Origin: an uncultured Gemmatimonadales bacterium
GTDB taxonomy: Bacteria; Gemmatimonadota; Gemmatimonadetes; Gemmatimonadales; GWC2-71-9
NCBI GenBank assembly: GCA_963779755.1
Contig: CAVZZO010000001.1
Span: 2,144,001-2,208,000, forward strand
Reading direction: 5' to 3'
DNA length: 64,000 nucleotides
The stretch's first letter is position 1; every line of letters begins with the position of its first letter. The notes beneath the pieces are model-generated. The model made no database searches. It was not told the DNA's origin and saw only the letters and a program-made list of their open reading frames with translations. Below are positions 54,164 through 63,861 of this stretch, one piece after another. Made by a program: the position numbers and the translations under genes.

Positions 54164-55530
54164 GCCGGACGGTCCGGATCGCGGCGGGGCAGGGCTTCTG
54201 GGGCGACTGGCTGGAAGCGCCGGTGCGCCAGGTAGAGGGCGGGCCCATCGATTACCTGGTGCTCGACTACCTGGCCGAAGTCACCATGTCCATCCTGCAG
54301 AAGCAGAAGTCGCGTGATCCCGCCGCCGGCTACGCACGCGACTTTGTGACGCTGGCCGGCCGCATTCTGCCCCGGTTGCTGGCCGGCCGGATCCGGGTGG
54401 TCACCAACGCGGGCGGTGTCAATCCCCAGGGGTGCGCCGAGGCGGTGCTGGAAACGGCGCGGGGGCAGAAGCTCCCGCGAGCGGTACGGGTGGGCCTGGT
54501 GACCGGCGACGACCTGCTCCCCCGGCTGGATGATCTTCTGGCGCGAGGCCACCGGCTGACCAACCTCGATACCGGCGAGCCGCTGGAGAGCATCCGGGAC
54601 CGGGTGCGCGCCGCAAATGTCTATCTGGGCATGGGGCCCATTGTGCAGGCGCTTGACCGTGAGGCGGACATTGTCCTCACCGGACGCGTAACCGATACCG
54701 CGTTGGTGCTGGGGCCGCTGTTCCATGAGTTCGGCTGGGATCCGCGCAACCCCGACCTGGTGGCGGCCGGCACCGTCGCGGGCCACATCCTCGAATGCGG
54801 CGCCCAGAGCAGCGGGGGCAACCTGATGTACCAGTGGCGCCGGATCCGCGATCTGGCCAATGTCGGTTTCCCGATCGTGGAAGCCGCGGAGGACGGCACC
54901 TTTGTCGTCACCAAGCATCCCGGGACCGGTGGCATCGTGTCCGTTCCCGGCGTATCCGAGCAGCTGGTATACGAGATCGCCGATCCTGCGCGCTACCTGA
55001 CGGCCGACGGCTCCGCCGACTTCACCAGCATCGAACTGGCGCCGGCGGGCCGCGACCGGGTGCGGGTCAGCGGCATCCGCGGCGGGCCGCCGCCGGAACA
55101 GTACAAGGTTTCCATCGCCTACTTCTGGGGTTACAAGGCCGTGGGGACCCTGGTGTATTCCTGGCCCGATGCCTACGAAAAGGCGCGGGCCGCCGACCGG
55201 ATCATTCGCGCCCGGCTGGAGGCGCTGGGGCTCGCGTTCGAGAAGATCCACACCGAGTTTGTGGGCGTGGACTCGACGCACGGCCGGCTCGCGGGCAAGC
55301 CCGACCCCGAGATCCCGGAAGTCCAGCTGCGGATCGGGGTGCGGGCGCGCGAGCGCGCGCCGGTCGAGCGGTTCACGCGGGAAATCGCGCCGCTCGTGCT
55401 CACCGGGCCGCCCGGCGTGACCGGATACGGGTACAAACCCGATGTGAAGGAGATCATCGCCTACTGGCCGGCCCTGATCGCCCGCCCGGAAGTCGACCCG
55501 CAGGTCCGGGTCCAGGTGGTGACCTCATGA
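54160..55530 (+). CDS. atuA: AtuA (DUF1446) family protein, N-terminal part
   Basis: [58 protein letters not shown]. Confidence 0.88.
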   Translation: MSRTVRIAAGQGFWGDWLEAPVRQVEGGPIDYLVLDYLAEVTMSILQKQKSRDPAAGYARDFVTLAGRILPRLLAGRIRVVTNAGGVNPQGCAEAVLETARGQKLPRAVRVGLVTGDDLLPRLDDLLARGHRLTNLDTGEPLESIRDRVRAANVYLGMGPIVQALDREADIVLTGRVTDTALVLGPLFHEFGWDPRNPDLVAAGTVAGHILECGAQSSGGNLMYQWRRIRDLANVGFPIVEAAEDGTFVVTKHPGTGGIVSVPGVSEQLVYEIADPARYLTADGSADFTSIELAPAGRDRVRVSGIRGGPPPEQYKVSIAYFWGYKAVGTLVYSWPDAYEKARAADRIIRARLEALGLAFEKIHTEFVGVDSTHGRLAGKPDPEIPEVQLRIGVRARERAPVERFTREIAPLVLTGPPGVTGYGYKPDVKEIIAYWPALIARPEVDPQVRVQVVTS

Positions 55531-55913
55531 GCCCCGCGCGACGCGCCCGGGCGGGCAAGGCCACCGTGCCGGTACAGCTCCGGTTGCTGGCGCACGCCCG
55601 CTCGGGCGACAAGGGCGATACCGCCAACATCGGGCTGATTGCGCTGAAGCCGCAGTATTATCCCCTCCTGCTGCGGGAGGTCACCGCCGCCCGCGTGGCC
55701 CGGCACTTCCGCGGCATGGCCGGCCGAGTGGAGCGCTACGAGCTTCCCAATCTGCACGCGCTGAATTTCGTGTTGCACGAGGCGCTGGACGGCGGCGGCA
55801 CGCTCTCCCTGCGGACCGATGCCCAGGGGAAGGTGTATTCCACGGCGCTGCTCCGCATGGAGGTCCGGGTACCGGCGGCACTGGCGCGCGAACTGGGCCG
55901 CGACCGGCGCTGA
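55527..55913 (+). CDS. Small AtuA C-terminal-like protein
   Basis: [39 protein letters not shown]. Confidence 0.85.
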   Translation: MSPARRARAGKATVPVQLRLLAHARSGDKGDTANIGLIALKPQYYPLLLREVTAARVARHFRGMAGRVERYELPNLHALNFVLHEALDGGGTLSLRTDAQGKVYSTALLRMEVRVPAALARELGRDRR

Positions 55914-55958
55914 GCGGTACCGCTTGGCGCTCACTGCTCACCGCTTACCATTTCTGCC

Positions 55959-56711
55959 ATGCTGATCGAATCCACACTCGAGACCGGTGTCCTCACTCTG
56001 ACACTCAACCGGCCTGAGAAGCGGAATGCGCTGAGCACGCCCATGCTGGAGGAACTCCGCGCCGCGCTCGACCGGGCCGATCTGGACGCCGGGGTCAAGA
56101 CGATCGCCGTGCGCGGGGCCGGGAAAGACTTCTGCGCCGGGGCCGATCTGGACGAGCTGCTGGCCTCCGCCGGGAACGCCCCGGCGGAGAATGAAGCGGC
56201 GGCGCTCCGGCTGGGATCGCTGTTCCTGCGAATCCGCGAGCTGCCGAAACCCGTGGTGGCGGTCGTGCATGGGCGCGCGCTGGCCGGCGGCGCCGGCCTG
56301 GCGACCGCGTGCGACCTGGTCCTCGCGTCCTCCTCCAGCAGCTTCGGTTATCCCGAAATCCAGCGCGGCTTCGTGCCGGCCATGGTCATGACCATGCTGC
56401 GGCGCCTCTGTGGCGAGAAGACCGCCTTCGATCTGGCGGTCACCGGTCGGGTGGTGAGCGCCGCGGAGGCGCGTGAGCTGGGGCTGATCTCGCGGGTGAT
56501 CCCCGAAGGATCCTTTGCCCAGGATACGGCGGAATTTCTCCGCCGGCTGGCCGCTCAGAGCGGCAGCGCCATGGCATTCACCAAGCGCCAGTTCTACCAG
56601 CTGGACGGCCTGGGGTTCAAGGAGGGCATTCACCTGGGCGCGCGAGTCAATGCCGCCGCCCGTGCCACGCCCGACTTCCGGGAAGCGATAGCCGGGTTCC
56701 TCCGGAAATGA
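55959..56711 (+). CDS. Enoyl-CoA hydratase, methylglutaconyl-CoA hydratase (LiuC/AtuE)-like
   Basis: LNRPEKRNAL, FCAGADL, ALAGGAGL (first catalytic Glu absent), GYPE. Confidence 0.88.
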   Translation: MLIESTLETGVLTLTLNRPEKRNALSTPMLEELRAALDRADLDAGVKTIAVRGAGKDFCAGADLDELLASAGNAPAENEAAALRLGSLFLRIRELPKPVVAVVHGRALAGGAGLATACDLVLASSSSSFGYPEIQRGFVPAMVMTMLRRLCGEKTAFDLAVTGRVVSAAEARELGLISRVIPEGSFAQDTAEFLRRLAAQSGSAMAFTKRQFYQLDGLGFKEGIHLGARVNAAARATPDFREAIAGFLRK

Positions 56712-56860
56712 TCGGGCGGGTCAAGCTGATCCTGTCGCTGGCGGGTCTGGTCTTCGCGGTGGTGGGCATTGCACGCGACGACCGGCGGATCGTCTGGGCA
56801 GCGATCGGGATCCTGGCGGTGGCGATCCTGCTGCGGCTGTTCCTGAAGCGGCGCAGTTGA
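56708..56860 (+). CDS. 50-aa two-TM membrane protein (missing from the ORF track)
   Basis: MIGRVKLILSLAGLVFAVVGIARDDRRIVWAAIGILAVAILLRLFLKRRS; ATGA overlap with the hydratase; GC3-rich codons. Confidence 0.75.
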   Translation: MIGRVKLILSLAGLVFAVVGIARDDRRIVWAAIGILAVAILLRLFLKRRS

Positions 56861-56955
56861 TCCCGCAGTGGGAGAGGAACCAGCATCGCTGCGAGCCTGG
56901 TCGACCGATACCGGAAGGGGGGCGGTCACGCCGGCTGCGCGACTATTTGCTCTAG

Positions 56956-56984
56956 GCGTCGATCCCCGCGCGTGCGGGGGAGAC
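56956..56984 (-). repeat. Solitary type I-E-like CRISPR repeat unit or hairpin
   Basis: GTCTCCCCCGCACGCGCGGGGATCGACGC (29 nt, CCCCGC-N4-GCGGGG stem); no second copy seen. Confidence 0.5.
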
Positions 56985-57652
56985 GCCAGTAGGGCGGTCC
57001 GAGCCGATCGCGCGCGGCATCCAACCAGGAGCTGATCGTCGGGTTACTCTGCTGGATTCCCGTATGTGTGGGATTGCCAAGCGAGTGGACCCAGTCCGAC
57101 AAAGGGGTCGTCAAGTCCTCTCCCGTTCTCAGAGGTGTGTGGTGGCCCAGCCAGGACTCCCGGAGCGGTCCTCTGAGGTGACAAGGTCTCCTCAGCCTGT
57201 GACACTTCCGAGGGAAGGCAGCCAGGATAGCTTCTGCCAAGGGAACTCCCTCACCATGCCTCCCGGATTCACCGGCCGCAAGGGGCCCGAGCGCTGATGC
57301 GGGGAAGATCGAGAAACGGTGGATAACCTGGGGGATAGCCCCGTGTCCCGTTCGGTTCACCTTGTGCCGGAATGCGACACGAAGCACACGAGGCAGCATG
57401 GGGGGCCAGCCGGGCCTGACGAAACGGGGCCTCGTCGCCAGTGTAGCACCCGGTGGCGGCCGCTAGGTTCGAGTACCGGGTTCGAGATCTACTGGCCCGG
57501 GGCGTCAGGAACATATGTTCGGAGCATCTTATCCTGCCAGGCAGGCGAGCCGATCTCATTTGTACCAGCACCCACTCCTCTCTCCCCCCCGCCCCCTTAG
57601 ACTGACTGCCCGCGGCTCGGGTGCCGTCGCCTGGAGACAGGCGGTGAACAGG

Positions 57653-59086
57653 TCACGCATGGCGGCCCATGCTCCCCAGCGCCGCCTCCGCCGCCCAGTA
57701 GCCACACATGCCGTGCACGCCGCCGCCGGGTGGAGTGCTGCTGGAACAGAGATAGACACCCTGGATCGGGGTATGGTACGGCCGCAGGGAAGGCACCGGC
57801 CGGGTCCAGAGCTGCCGCAGGTCCTGCACGCCGCCGTTGATGTCACCACCCACGTAGTTCGGATTGTACTGCTCCATGGCGGCCGCCGTCATTCCATGAC
57901 GGCCCAGGATCAGGTTGCGAAACCCGGGGGCAAAGCGCTCGATCTGCGCCTCTATCCGCCCGCTCATATCGGCGGTCGAGCCGGAGGGGACATGGCAATA
58001 CGCCCACAGCGTATGCCGCCCGGCCGGGGCGCGGGTCGAGTCGAACAGCGAAGGCTGCGCCACCAGCACGAACGGCCGCTCCGGCGGGCCTCCCCACCAG
58101 ACCTCGCGCTCGCTCCGGGCGATCTCCTCCGCGCTGCCGCCCAGGTGCACCGTGCCGGCGCGCCGGCATTCGGACGCGCGCCAGGGCACCGGGCCGGAGA
58201 GGGCCAGGTCCAGCTTGTACACGCCGGGACCGTAGCGATACCGCTCCAGAAGCCTGGCATAGGCTGCGGGCAGCCGGGCGCCGGCCAGTTCGAGGAACTG
58301 ACGTGGCGCAATGTCCAGAAGCACGATCGGAGCGGATGGGAGCTCCGCCAGCGAACCGACGCGGTGCCCGGTCTCGATGCTGCCGCCCAGCCGCCGGAAG
58401 TGCGCCGCCAGCGCTTCGGCAAGGGCCTGCGTTCCGCCCCGTGGAAAGGGCCAGCCCACCGTGTGGCCCGATGCGCCCAGCACCAGGCCGAAGGCCCCGC
58501 TGCCGGGGTGCTCGAGCGGCAGCATCGAGTGCCCGGCCAGCCCCGAGAAGAGAGCGCCGCCGCGGGTACCGGGGAAACGCTGCGCCAGGGCGGACGCCGA
58601 TCGCAGGGCCGTGACCCCGAACCGGAGCAGGGCCAGGGGGTGCCGGGGGATTCGCGCCGGGCCCAGCAGGCCGGGAAGCAGCTGGTCCCAGTGCCGGACC
58701 GTCGGTCCCAGCAGCCGCCGCCAGGCGGGGCCATCATCTCCCAGGGCCCTGGCCGTAGCGTCGAGCGACCGATCCAGGATCGCTGCGGTGCCGTCGTCGA
58801 ACGGATGGGCCAGCGGCAGGTCCGGATGGATCCACTCGAGGCCATACTCCCTCAGCGGGAGCGAACGGAAGAAGGGAGAGGCGATTCCCAGTGGATGGAT
58901 GGCGGAGCACACGTCGTGGCGGAAGCCGGGCAGCGTCAGTGCCGCGGTCCGGGTGCCCCCTCCGATGGTGGTTGCCGCTTCCATGGCGAGGACCCGCCGC
59001 CCGGTCTGGCAGAGGCGGATTCCCGCGGCCAAGCCGTTTGGACCGGTGCCGACCACCACGGCATCGTAGGCCGTCGCACCGCTCAT
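57653..59086 (-). CDS. Phytoene-desaturase-like FAD oxidoreductase
   Basis: DAVVVGTGPNGLAA, GGGTRT..LTLPGF.HDVCSA.HP, NPNYVGGDI.GG, TPPGGGVHGMCG. Confidence 0.9.
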   Translation of the reverse strand: MSGATAYDAVVVGTGPNGLAAGIRLCQTGRRVLAMEAATTIGGGTRTAALTLPGFRHDVCSAIHPLGIASPFFRSLPLREYGLEWIHPDLPLAHPFDDGTAAILDRSLDATARALGDDGPAWRRLLGPTVRHWDQLLPGLLGPARIPRHPLALLRFGVTALRSASALAQRFPGTRGGALFSGLAGHSMLPLEHPGSGAFGLVLGASGHTVGWPFPRGGTQALAEALAAHFRRLGGSIETGHRVGSLAELPSAPIVLLDIAPRQFLELAGARLPAAYARLLERYRYGPGVYKLDLALSGPVPWRASECRRAGTVHLGGSAEEIARSEREVWWGGPPERPFVLVAQPSLFDSTRAPAGRHTLWAYCHVPSGSTADMSGRIEAQIERFAPGFRNLILGRHGMTAAAMEQYNPNYVGGDINGGVQDLRQLWTRPVPSLRPYHTPIQGVYLCSSSTPPGGGVHGMCGYWAAEAALGSMGRHA

Positions 59087-59179
59087 GGCGCTGCGCTCGG
59101 CGCTGGCGCCCGCATGCTGTCGGCTCGTCTCACGTTCGTATGATACCGGCTCCCGTCGTCCGGTGCGGTATGCTGTGCC

Positions 59180-60538
59180 ATGATCGCGACCCTGGGCGAG
59201 CGGCTGCGGCTGGCAAACCACCTGCTGGCCGCCCGGTTCGGCCACGCCGGCTTCCGCCCCCTGCAGCGACGGGTGGTACAGTCGCTGCTGGCCGGGCGGC
59301 ATTGCCTGGCGGTGCTCCCCACCGGCGGCGGGAAGTCCATCTGTTACCAGGTTCCCGCCCTGGTGATGGACGGGTTCTGCCTGGTGGTCTCCCCCCTGTT
59401 ATCGCTCATGCAGGATCAGGTTGCCACCCTTACCGCCCGCGGCATCGCCGCCGCCAGTCTGACCAGCCAGCAGACGATGGCGGAGCGGGCCGCCACCCTG
59501 CAACGTCTGCATTCCGGCGCGCTCCGGCTCCTGTATTTGTCGCCGGAGCGGCTGGAATCGCTCGCGCCGCGGCTCCGTGAGGCGGGCATCAGGCCGGCCC
59601 TGCTGGCCGTGGACGAGGCCCACTGCATCTCCGAATGGGGGCACGACTTCCGTCCTCATTACCGGCGTTTGCGCCGGGCGCGCTATCTGCTGGGCAACCC
59701 GCTGACCGCTGCCCTGACCGGAACGGCCACTCCGGATGTGCGGCGCGATATCACCGCTTCGCTCGGGCTCGGTGCCTGCGATCTGCACCTGGGGTCATTC
59801 GACCGTCCCAACCTCTGGTTTGGCGTATCCCGGCTGCGGCGTGAGGACGAACGATGGCCCACCCTGATAGTGGCGCTGCGTCGGGCCCGGGACATGAGCA
59901 TCGTGTACGCGCCCACCCGCGCCATCGCCACCAGGCTGGCCCGGCAGCTCCGCGAGTGGGGCTTTTCGGGCGAGGCCTACCATGCGGGGCAGGAGGCAGG
60001 GCGCCGGCGGGAGATCCTGGAGCGCTTTCTCTCCGGCCGCACCGCGGTGGTGGTTGCTACCAGCGCGTTCGGCATGGGCATCGACCAGCCCCGGGTCCGT
60101 TCGGTGATTCACTGGATGCTGCCGCCCTCTCCCGAGGCGTATTACCAGGAAGCGGGGCGGGCCGGCCGCGACGGACGGCCGGCGGAGTGTATCCTGCTCC
60201 ATCGCCGGGGCGATGGGCGGCTGCAACGGCGGCAGCTCGCGGTAACCTTTCCGCCCCGCCGGCTGCTACGGCGGCTCTGGGCCGATCCCGCCCTGCCGGG
60301 GGTGCCGGAGGCCGTCAAGGCCAGCGCGCACCGCCTCCGGCGGGAGCTGGACCTGGATCCCGATGCCCGGGGCTGGGCCGCCGTCCGGCGGCGGCAACGG
60401 GCCGCCAGGCGGCGGCTCCGGGTCATGGAACAGTACGCCTCCGGACGGTCCTGTCGGCGCCGTCTGCTGCTGCGGTACTTCGGCGAAGCCGCCGGCCGGT
60501 GCGGCGGATGTGACCGCTGTCCGGGACGCCATGCCTAA
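59180..60538 (+). CDS. recQ: Short RecQ-family helicase
   Basis: FRPLQ, PTGGGKSICYQ, VDEAHCISEWGHDFRP, AFGMGID, YYQEAGRAGRDG, CRR..LL.YFGE..CGGCDRC. Confidence 0.92.
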   Translation: MIATLGERLRLANHLLAARFGHAGFRPLQRRVVQSLLAGRHCLAVLPTGGGKSICYQVPALVMDGFCLVVSPLLSLMQDQVATLTARGIAAASLTSQQTMAERAATLQRLHSGALRLLYLSPERLESLAPRLREAGIRPALLAVDEAHCISEWGHDFRPHYRRLRRARYLLGNPLTAALTGTATPDVRRDITASLGLGACDLHLGSFDRPNLWFGVSRLRREDERWPTLIVALRRARDMSIVYAPTRAIATRLARQLREWGFSGEAYHAGQEAGRRREILERFLSGRTAVVVATSAFGMGIDQPRVRSVIHWMLPPSPEAYYQEAGRAGRDGRPAECILLHRRGDGRLQRRQLAVTFPPRRLLRRLWADPALPGVPEAVKASAHRLRRELDLDPDARGWAAVRRRQRAARRRLRVMEQYASGRSCRRRLLLRYFGEAAGRCGGCDRCPGRHA

Positions 60539-60756
60539 GCCGTGTCCTCCCATATCCCTACGGCTCCTCCGGGGCCCCCTGTCTTGTCGATTCCCGCGCG
60601 GGTAGATTGAGTGGCCACCAGCATCGGCTGGCCAGCTCAGGGTGAAATCAGGATATCTGACCTGCGGGATAGCGCGGTCCGGTTCAATGTGGCGCCCGAT
60701 TCGCCGGAGTACCGTCCGGCCTGGTTCTGATATGCCCCTATTGCGACAGCCTGATT

Positions 60757-62529
60757 GTGCCTGAGGAACGACTCGTAGCGGATCCCCAATCTCTGGAACG
60801 GCTGAGCCGCGGCCTGGGCGCGAAGTTCGAAGTCGTGCGCCTGGTCGGCCGCGGCGGGTTCGCGGAGGTCTATGAGGTCCGCGACCACCAACTGCACCGC
60901 CGCCTGGCCGTCAAGGTCCTGCGCGAGGACATCGCGTGGACGCAGGGGATGTTGCAGCGGTTCGAGGAAGAAGCCCGGGCGCTGGCGCGGCTGAGTCATC
61001 CCAACATTCTGCCTATTCACTTCGTCGGCGAGCGCGAGGGCCTGGTCTATTACGCCATGCCCTTCATCGAAGGGCGCACCCTGGCGGAGATCCTGGCCGA
61101 GGAAGGCCCGCTGCCCGCCGAGCGCGCAGCGCTCATCGGACGGAGCATTCTCGAAGCGCTGGAGCACGCTCACCAGAAGGGCATGATCCACCGCGACATC
61201 AAGCCGGCCAATATTCTCATCGAAGACGAAACCGGCCGCCCGCTGCTGGTGGATTTCGGGATCGCCAAGCGGATGGACGATTCTCCCAGCACCACGCAGT
61301 CGGGATTTGTGGTGGGCACGCCCACCTATATGAGTCCCGAGCAGGCGCTGGGGCACGATCACGTGGATCACCGCAGTGACCTCTACGCGGTGGGCGGCGT
61401 CCTGTTCCACGCGGTGACCGGCGTGCCGCCGTATGCCGGCGACACCTCGCAGGAGGTGATCGGCCGGCACATCAGCCAGGCCATTCCGATCCCGGCGCTG
61501 CTCAACCAGAATATCCCGGAGTGGTTCTCCGATGTCGTCGTCAAGGCCCTGGCCAAGCGGGCGGACGACCGCTACCAGTCGGCGGCGGAGATGGCGGAAG
61601 ATCTCCGGCGCGGCATGCGGACCGGCGCCCGCCCGCCCGGCGCCGGCGACGATGCGGCCCGGGAGCGGATCCGGCACGACGACCCGACCGCCATCATCCC
61701 GGCGCATCAGACGGGCGAATCGCCGGCACCGGGTGCCGCGCCGGTGCTGCCGGAAGTGGTGCATCAGCGTTCGGAGGAGGCAGCGGCGCCCCGCCGCCGG
61801 GGGCGCCGCTCGGAAGATCGCGCCGTCCCCCGGGGCCCCGGGCGGCGCCGCTCGGACCTCGAAGGGCTGCGCAGCTGGAGCTGGCGCCAGCTCGCCGGGT
61901 GGGTCCTGGTGCTGGCGGCCCTGTTCGGGACCATCGCCTATTTCACCCGGGTCCAGCTGTCGCTCGCGATTGCCAACCGGCTGACGCTCCCGGTCCGGTT
62001 CCTGAGCGAAAGCGGCGAGGAGAAGGTCATTCCTCCGGGTGGGAGATTCGCCCAGCCCATGCCGGAAGGTGGAAAGGCGTTGCTCCAGTGGTCGGTGCTG
62101 CGTCCCAAGCTCGACGATCAGGGCGAGGTGGGGGTCAGCATGGACGGGATCATCCGGGTGGATGGCGCGACGTTCATGGAGCTGGTGCGCCGGAAAATCA
62201 CCCGCGATATCGACAGCTGGGATCTCGCCACCGGCAACCGGTACTTCTCGCCGCTTATCACCAACCTGACCGACCGGCCGATCCGCGTCAGCGTCAATCC
62301 CAACAGCCGGCTGGAGGGTTGCTACTGCCTCGTTCCACCCGGTGCTACCCGTCAGTCCATCGGCTACTATCAACTGCTCGACGACACCTCCATCCGGGTG
62401 AGCGATACCCAGGGCCGCTTCGCGATTTTCCGGAATCTGGAGCAGAAGGTGGATTCCTACAGCGGTGCCGTCGAAATCCGGGTCGACCCCGAGACCATGG
62501 GCACCAAGGTACGTCCCAGGACGCCATGA
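60757..62529 (+). CDS. Hanks-type Ser/Thr kinase with TM helix and C-terminal domain
   Basis: GRGGFAEV, AVKVL, HRDIKPAN, DFG, GTPTYMSPEQ, SDLYAVG; TM segment WVLVLAALFGTIAYF. Confidence 0.93.
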   Translation: MPEERLVADPQSLERLSRGLGAKFEVVRLVGRGGFAEVYEVRDHQLHRRLAVKVLREDIAWTQGMLQRFEEEARALARLSHPNILPIHFVGEREGLVYYAMPFIEGRTLAEILAEEGPLPAERAALIGRSILEALEHAHQKGMIHRDIKPANILIEDETGRPLLVDFGIAKRMDDSPSTTQSGFVVGTPTYMSPEQALGHDHVDHRSDLYAVGGVLFHAVTGVPPYAGDTSQEVIGRHISQAIPIPALLNQNIPEWFSDVVVKALAKRADDRYQSAAEMAEDLRRGMRTGARPPGAGDDAARERIRHDDPTAIIPAHQTGESPAPGAAPVLPEVVHQRSEEAAAPRRRGRRSEDRAVPRGPGRRRSDLEGLRSWSWRQLAGWVLVLAALFGTIAYFTRVQLSLAIANRLTLPVRFLSESGEEKVIPPGGRFAQPMPEGGKALLQWSVLRPKLDDQGEVGVSMDGIIRVDGATFMELVRRKITRDIDSWDLATGNRYFSPLITNLTDRPIRVSVNPNSRLEGCYCLVPPGATRQSIGYYQLLDDTSIRVSDTQGRFAIFRNLEQKVDSYSGAVEIRVDPETMGTKVRPRTP

Positions 62530-63671
62530 CACGACATTCCCCCTTCCGTGCCGCCGCCGCTCTCCTCCTCGCCGTCCCTGCCGTTCTCACCGCCCAGCAA
62601 CACCCCGCGCGTGCGCGCGAGCTGGGAGTCGCGCCGGGGATCTTCACGCCCGGCCGCTGGAACGCGATCACCGATGTGCGCGGCGTCCTGGTGGGGCAGG
62701 TGAGCGTCGTCGAGGGCGATTCGGTCCGCACCGGTATCACCGCCATTCTGCCGCATGGCGGCAACATGTTTGCCGAGCGCGCCCCCGCGGCCCTGCATGT
62801 CGGGAACGGCTTCGGCAAGCTCCTGGGGGTGACGCAGGTGGGCGAGCTGGGCGAGCTGGAGACGCCGATCCTCCTCACCTGTACCCTGTGCGTCTGGAAG
62901 GCCGCCGACGCCCTGGTCGGCTGGATGCTGGACCAGCCGGGAATGGAGGATGTCCGGTCGATCAATCCCGTGGTGGGTGAAACCAACGACGGCTACCTGA
63001 ACATCATCCGGTCCCGCCCCATTACCGCCGCCCAGGTGCGCCAGGCCCTCACCGCCGCTACCAGCGGGCCGGTGCAGGAAGGCACCGTCGGCGCCGGTGT
63101 CGGCACGGTCGCCTTCGGCTGGAAGGGAGGGATCGGCACGTCGTCCCGGGTGCTGCCGGCGGCCCTCGGGGGCTGGACCGTCGGCGTGCTGGTGCAGACC
63201 AACTTCGGGGGCGTGCTCCAGGTGCTGGGCGTCCCCGTGGGTAAGGAGCTGGGACGCTATGCCTTTCAGCGGGCCGTCGCACCCGAGAAGGGCGACGGAT
63301 CCATCATGATCGTGGTCGCCACCGATGCCCCCATCCTGGACCGCAACCTGGGACGGCTGGCCGCACGCGCCATCATGGGGCTTGCCCGCACCGGTTCCTC
63401 GGCCTCGAACGGGTCGGGCGACTACGTTATCGCCTTCTCCGCCTCGCCCGAGGTGCGGCGGAAGTACGACGAGCGGCGTCCCGCCTCACGCGAGCTGACC
63501 AACGATGAGATGTCGCCGCTCTTCCAGGCGGTAGTCGAGGCGACCGAAGAGGCGATCTACAATTCGCTCTTCATGGCGACGGCCGTCACCGCCAACGGGC
63601 ACACGGTCCGGCCGGTACCGCTGGATTCGGTGAAGGTGCTGCTGGAGAAGTACCACGCTGCGCAGCGCTAG
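62526..63671 (+). CDS. dmpA: Secreted DmpA/P1 (S58) aminopeptidase
   Basis: NAITDV.GV.VG, NGFGK, ETPILLT, PVVGETND, GWKGGIGTSSR, GDGSI cleavage site, NGSGD; signal peptide. Confidence 0.9.
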   Translation: MTRHSPFRAAAALLLAVPAVLTAQQHPARARELGVAPGIFTPGRWNAITDVRGVLVGQVSVVEGDSVRTGITAILPHGGNMFAERAPAALHVGNGFGKLLGVTQVGELGELETPILLTCTLCVWKAADALVGWMLDQPGMEDVRSINPVVGETNDGYLNIIRSRPITAAQVRQALTAATSGPVQEGTVGAGVGTVAFGWKGGIGTSSRVLPAALGGWTVGVLVQTNFGGVLQVLGVPVGKELGRYAFQRAVAPEKGDGSIMIVVATDAPILDRNLGRLAARAIMGLARTGSSASNGSGDYVIAFSASPEVRRKYDERRPASRELTNDEMSPLFQAVVEATEEAIYNSLFMATAVTANGHTVRPVPLDSVKVLLEKYHAAQR

Positions 63672-63693
63672 GAGACGGAGAGAAGGATGGACT

Positions 63694-63860
63694 AAGACGG
63701 GAAGAAGACGGGAAGAAGACGGGAAGAAGACGGGAATAAGACGGAAATAAGACGGGAAAGGACTAGCCTTCCCGGCTGCCGTTTCCGTTCACCCTCGGTC
63801 CTGTTCCCGTCCTGTTCCCGTCCTGTTCCCGTCCTGTTCCCGTCCTATTCCCGTCCTGTT
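63694..63860. repeat. Two opposed 11-bp tandem arrays between convergent genes
   Basis: (AAGACGGGAAG)x6 at 63694-63759 and (GTCCTGTTCCC)x~5.7 at 63798-63860. Confidence 0.93.
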
Positions 63861-63861
63861 G

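Noticed and set aside
57080..57235. Decayed DNA methyltransferase (AAFP and DPFVG fragments on the minus strand)
   Set aside because: The fragments are short, in different frames and could be chance; needs tblastx support.
57318..57338. Possible oriC from two DnaA-like boxes
   Set aside because: Both boxes are imperfect, there is no AT-rich unwinding element and no dnaA/dnaN nearby.
57410..57490. Hammerhead core (CTGACGA) or tRNA/tmRNA T-loop (GGTTCGAG)
   Set aside because: No stem II before GAAA, and the T-stem and cloverleaf do not pair.
56861..57652. RNase P RNA
   Set aside because: The GAGGAAAGTCC signature was not found on either strand.
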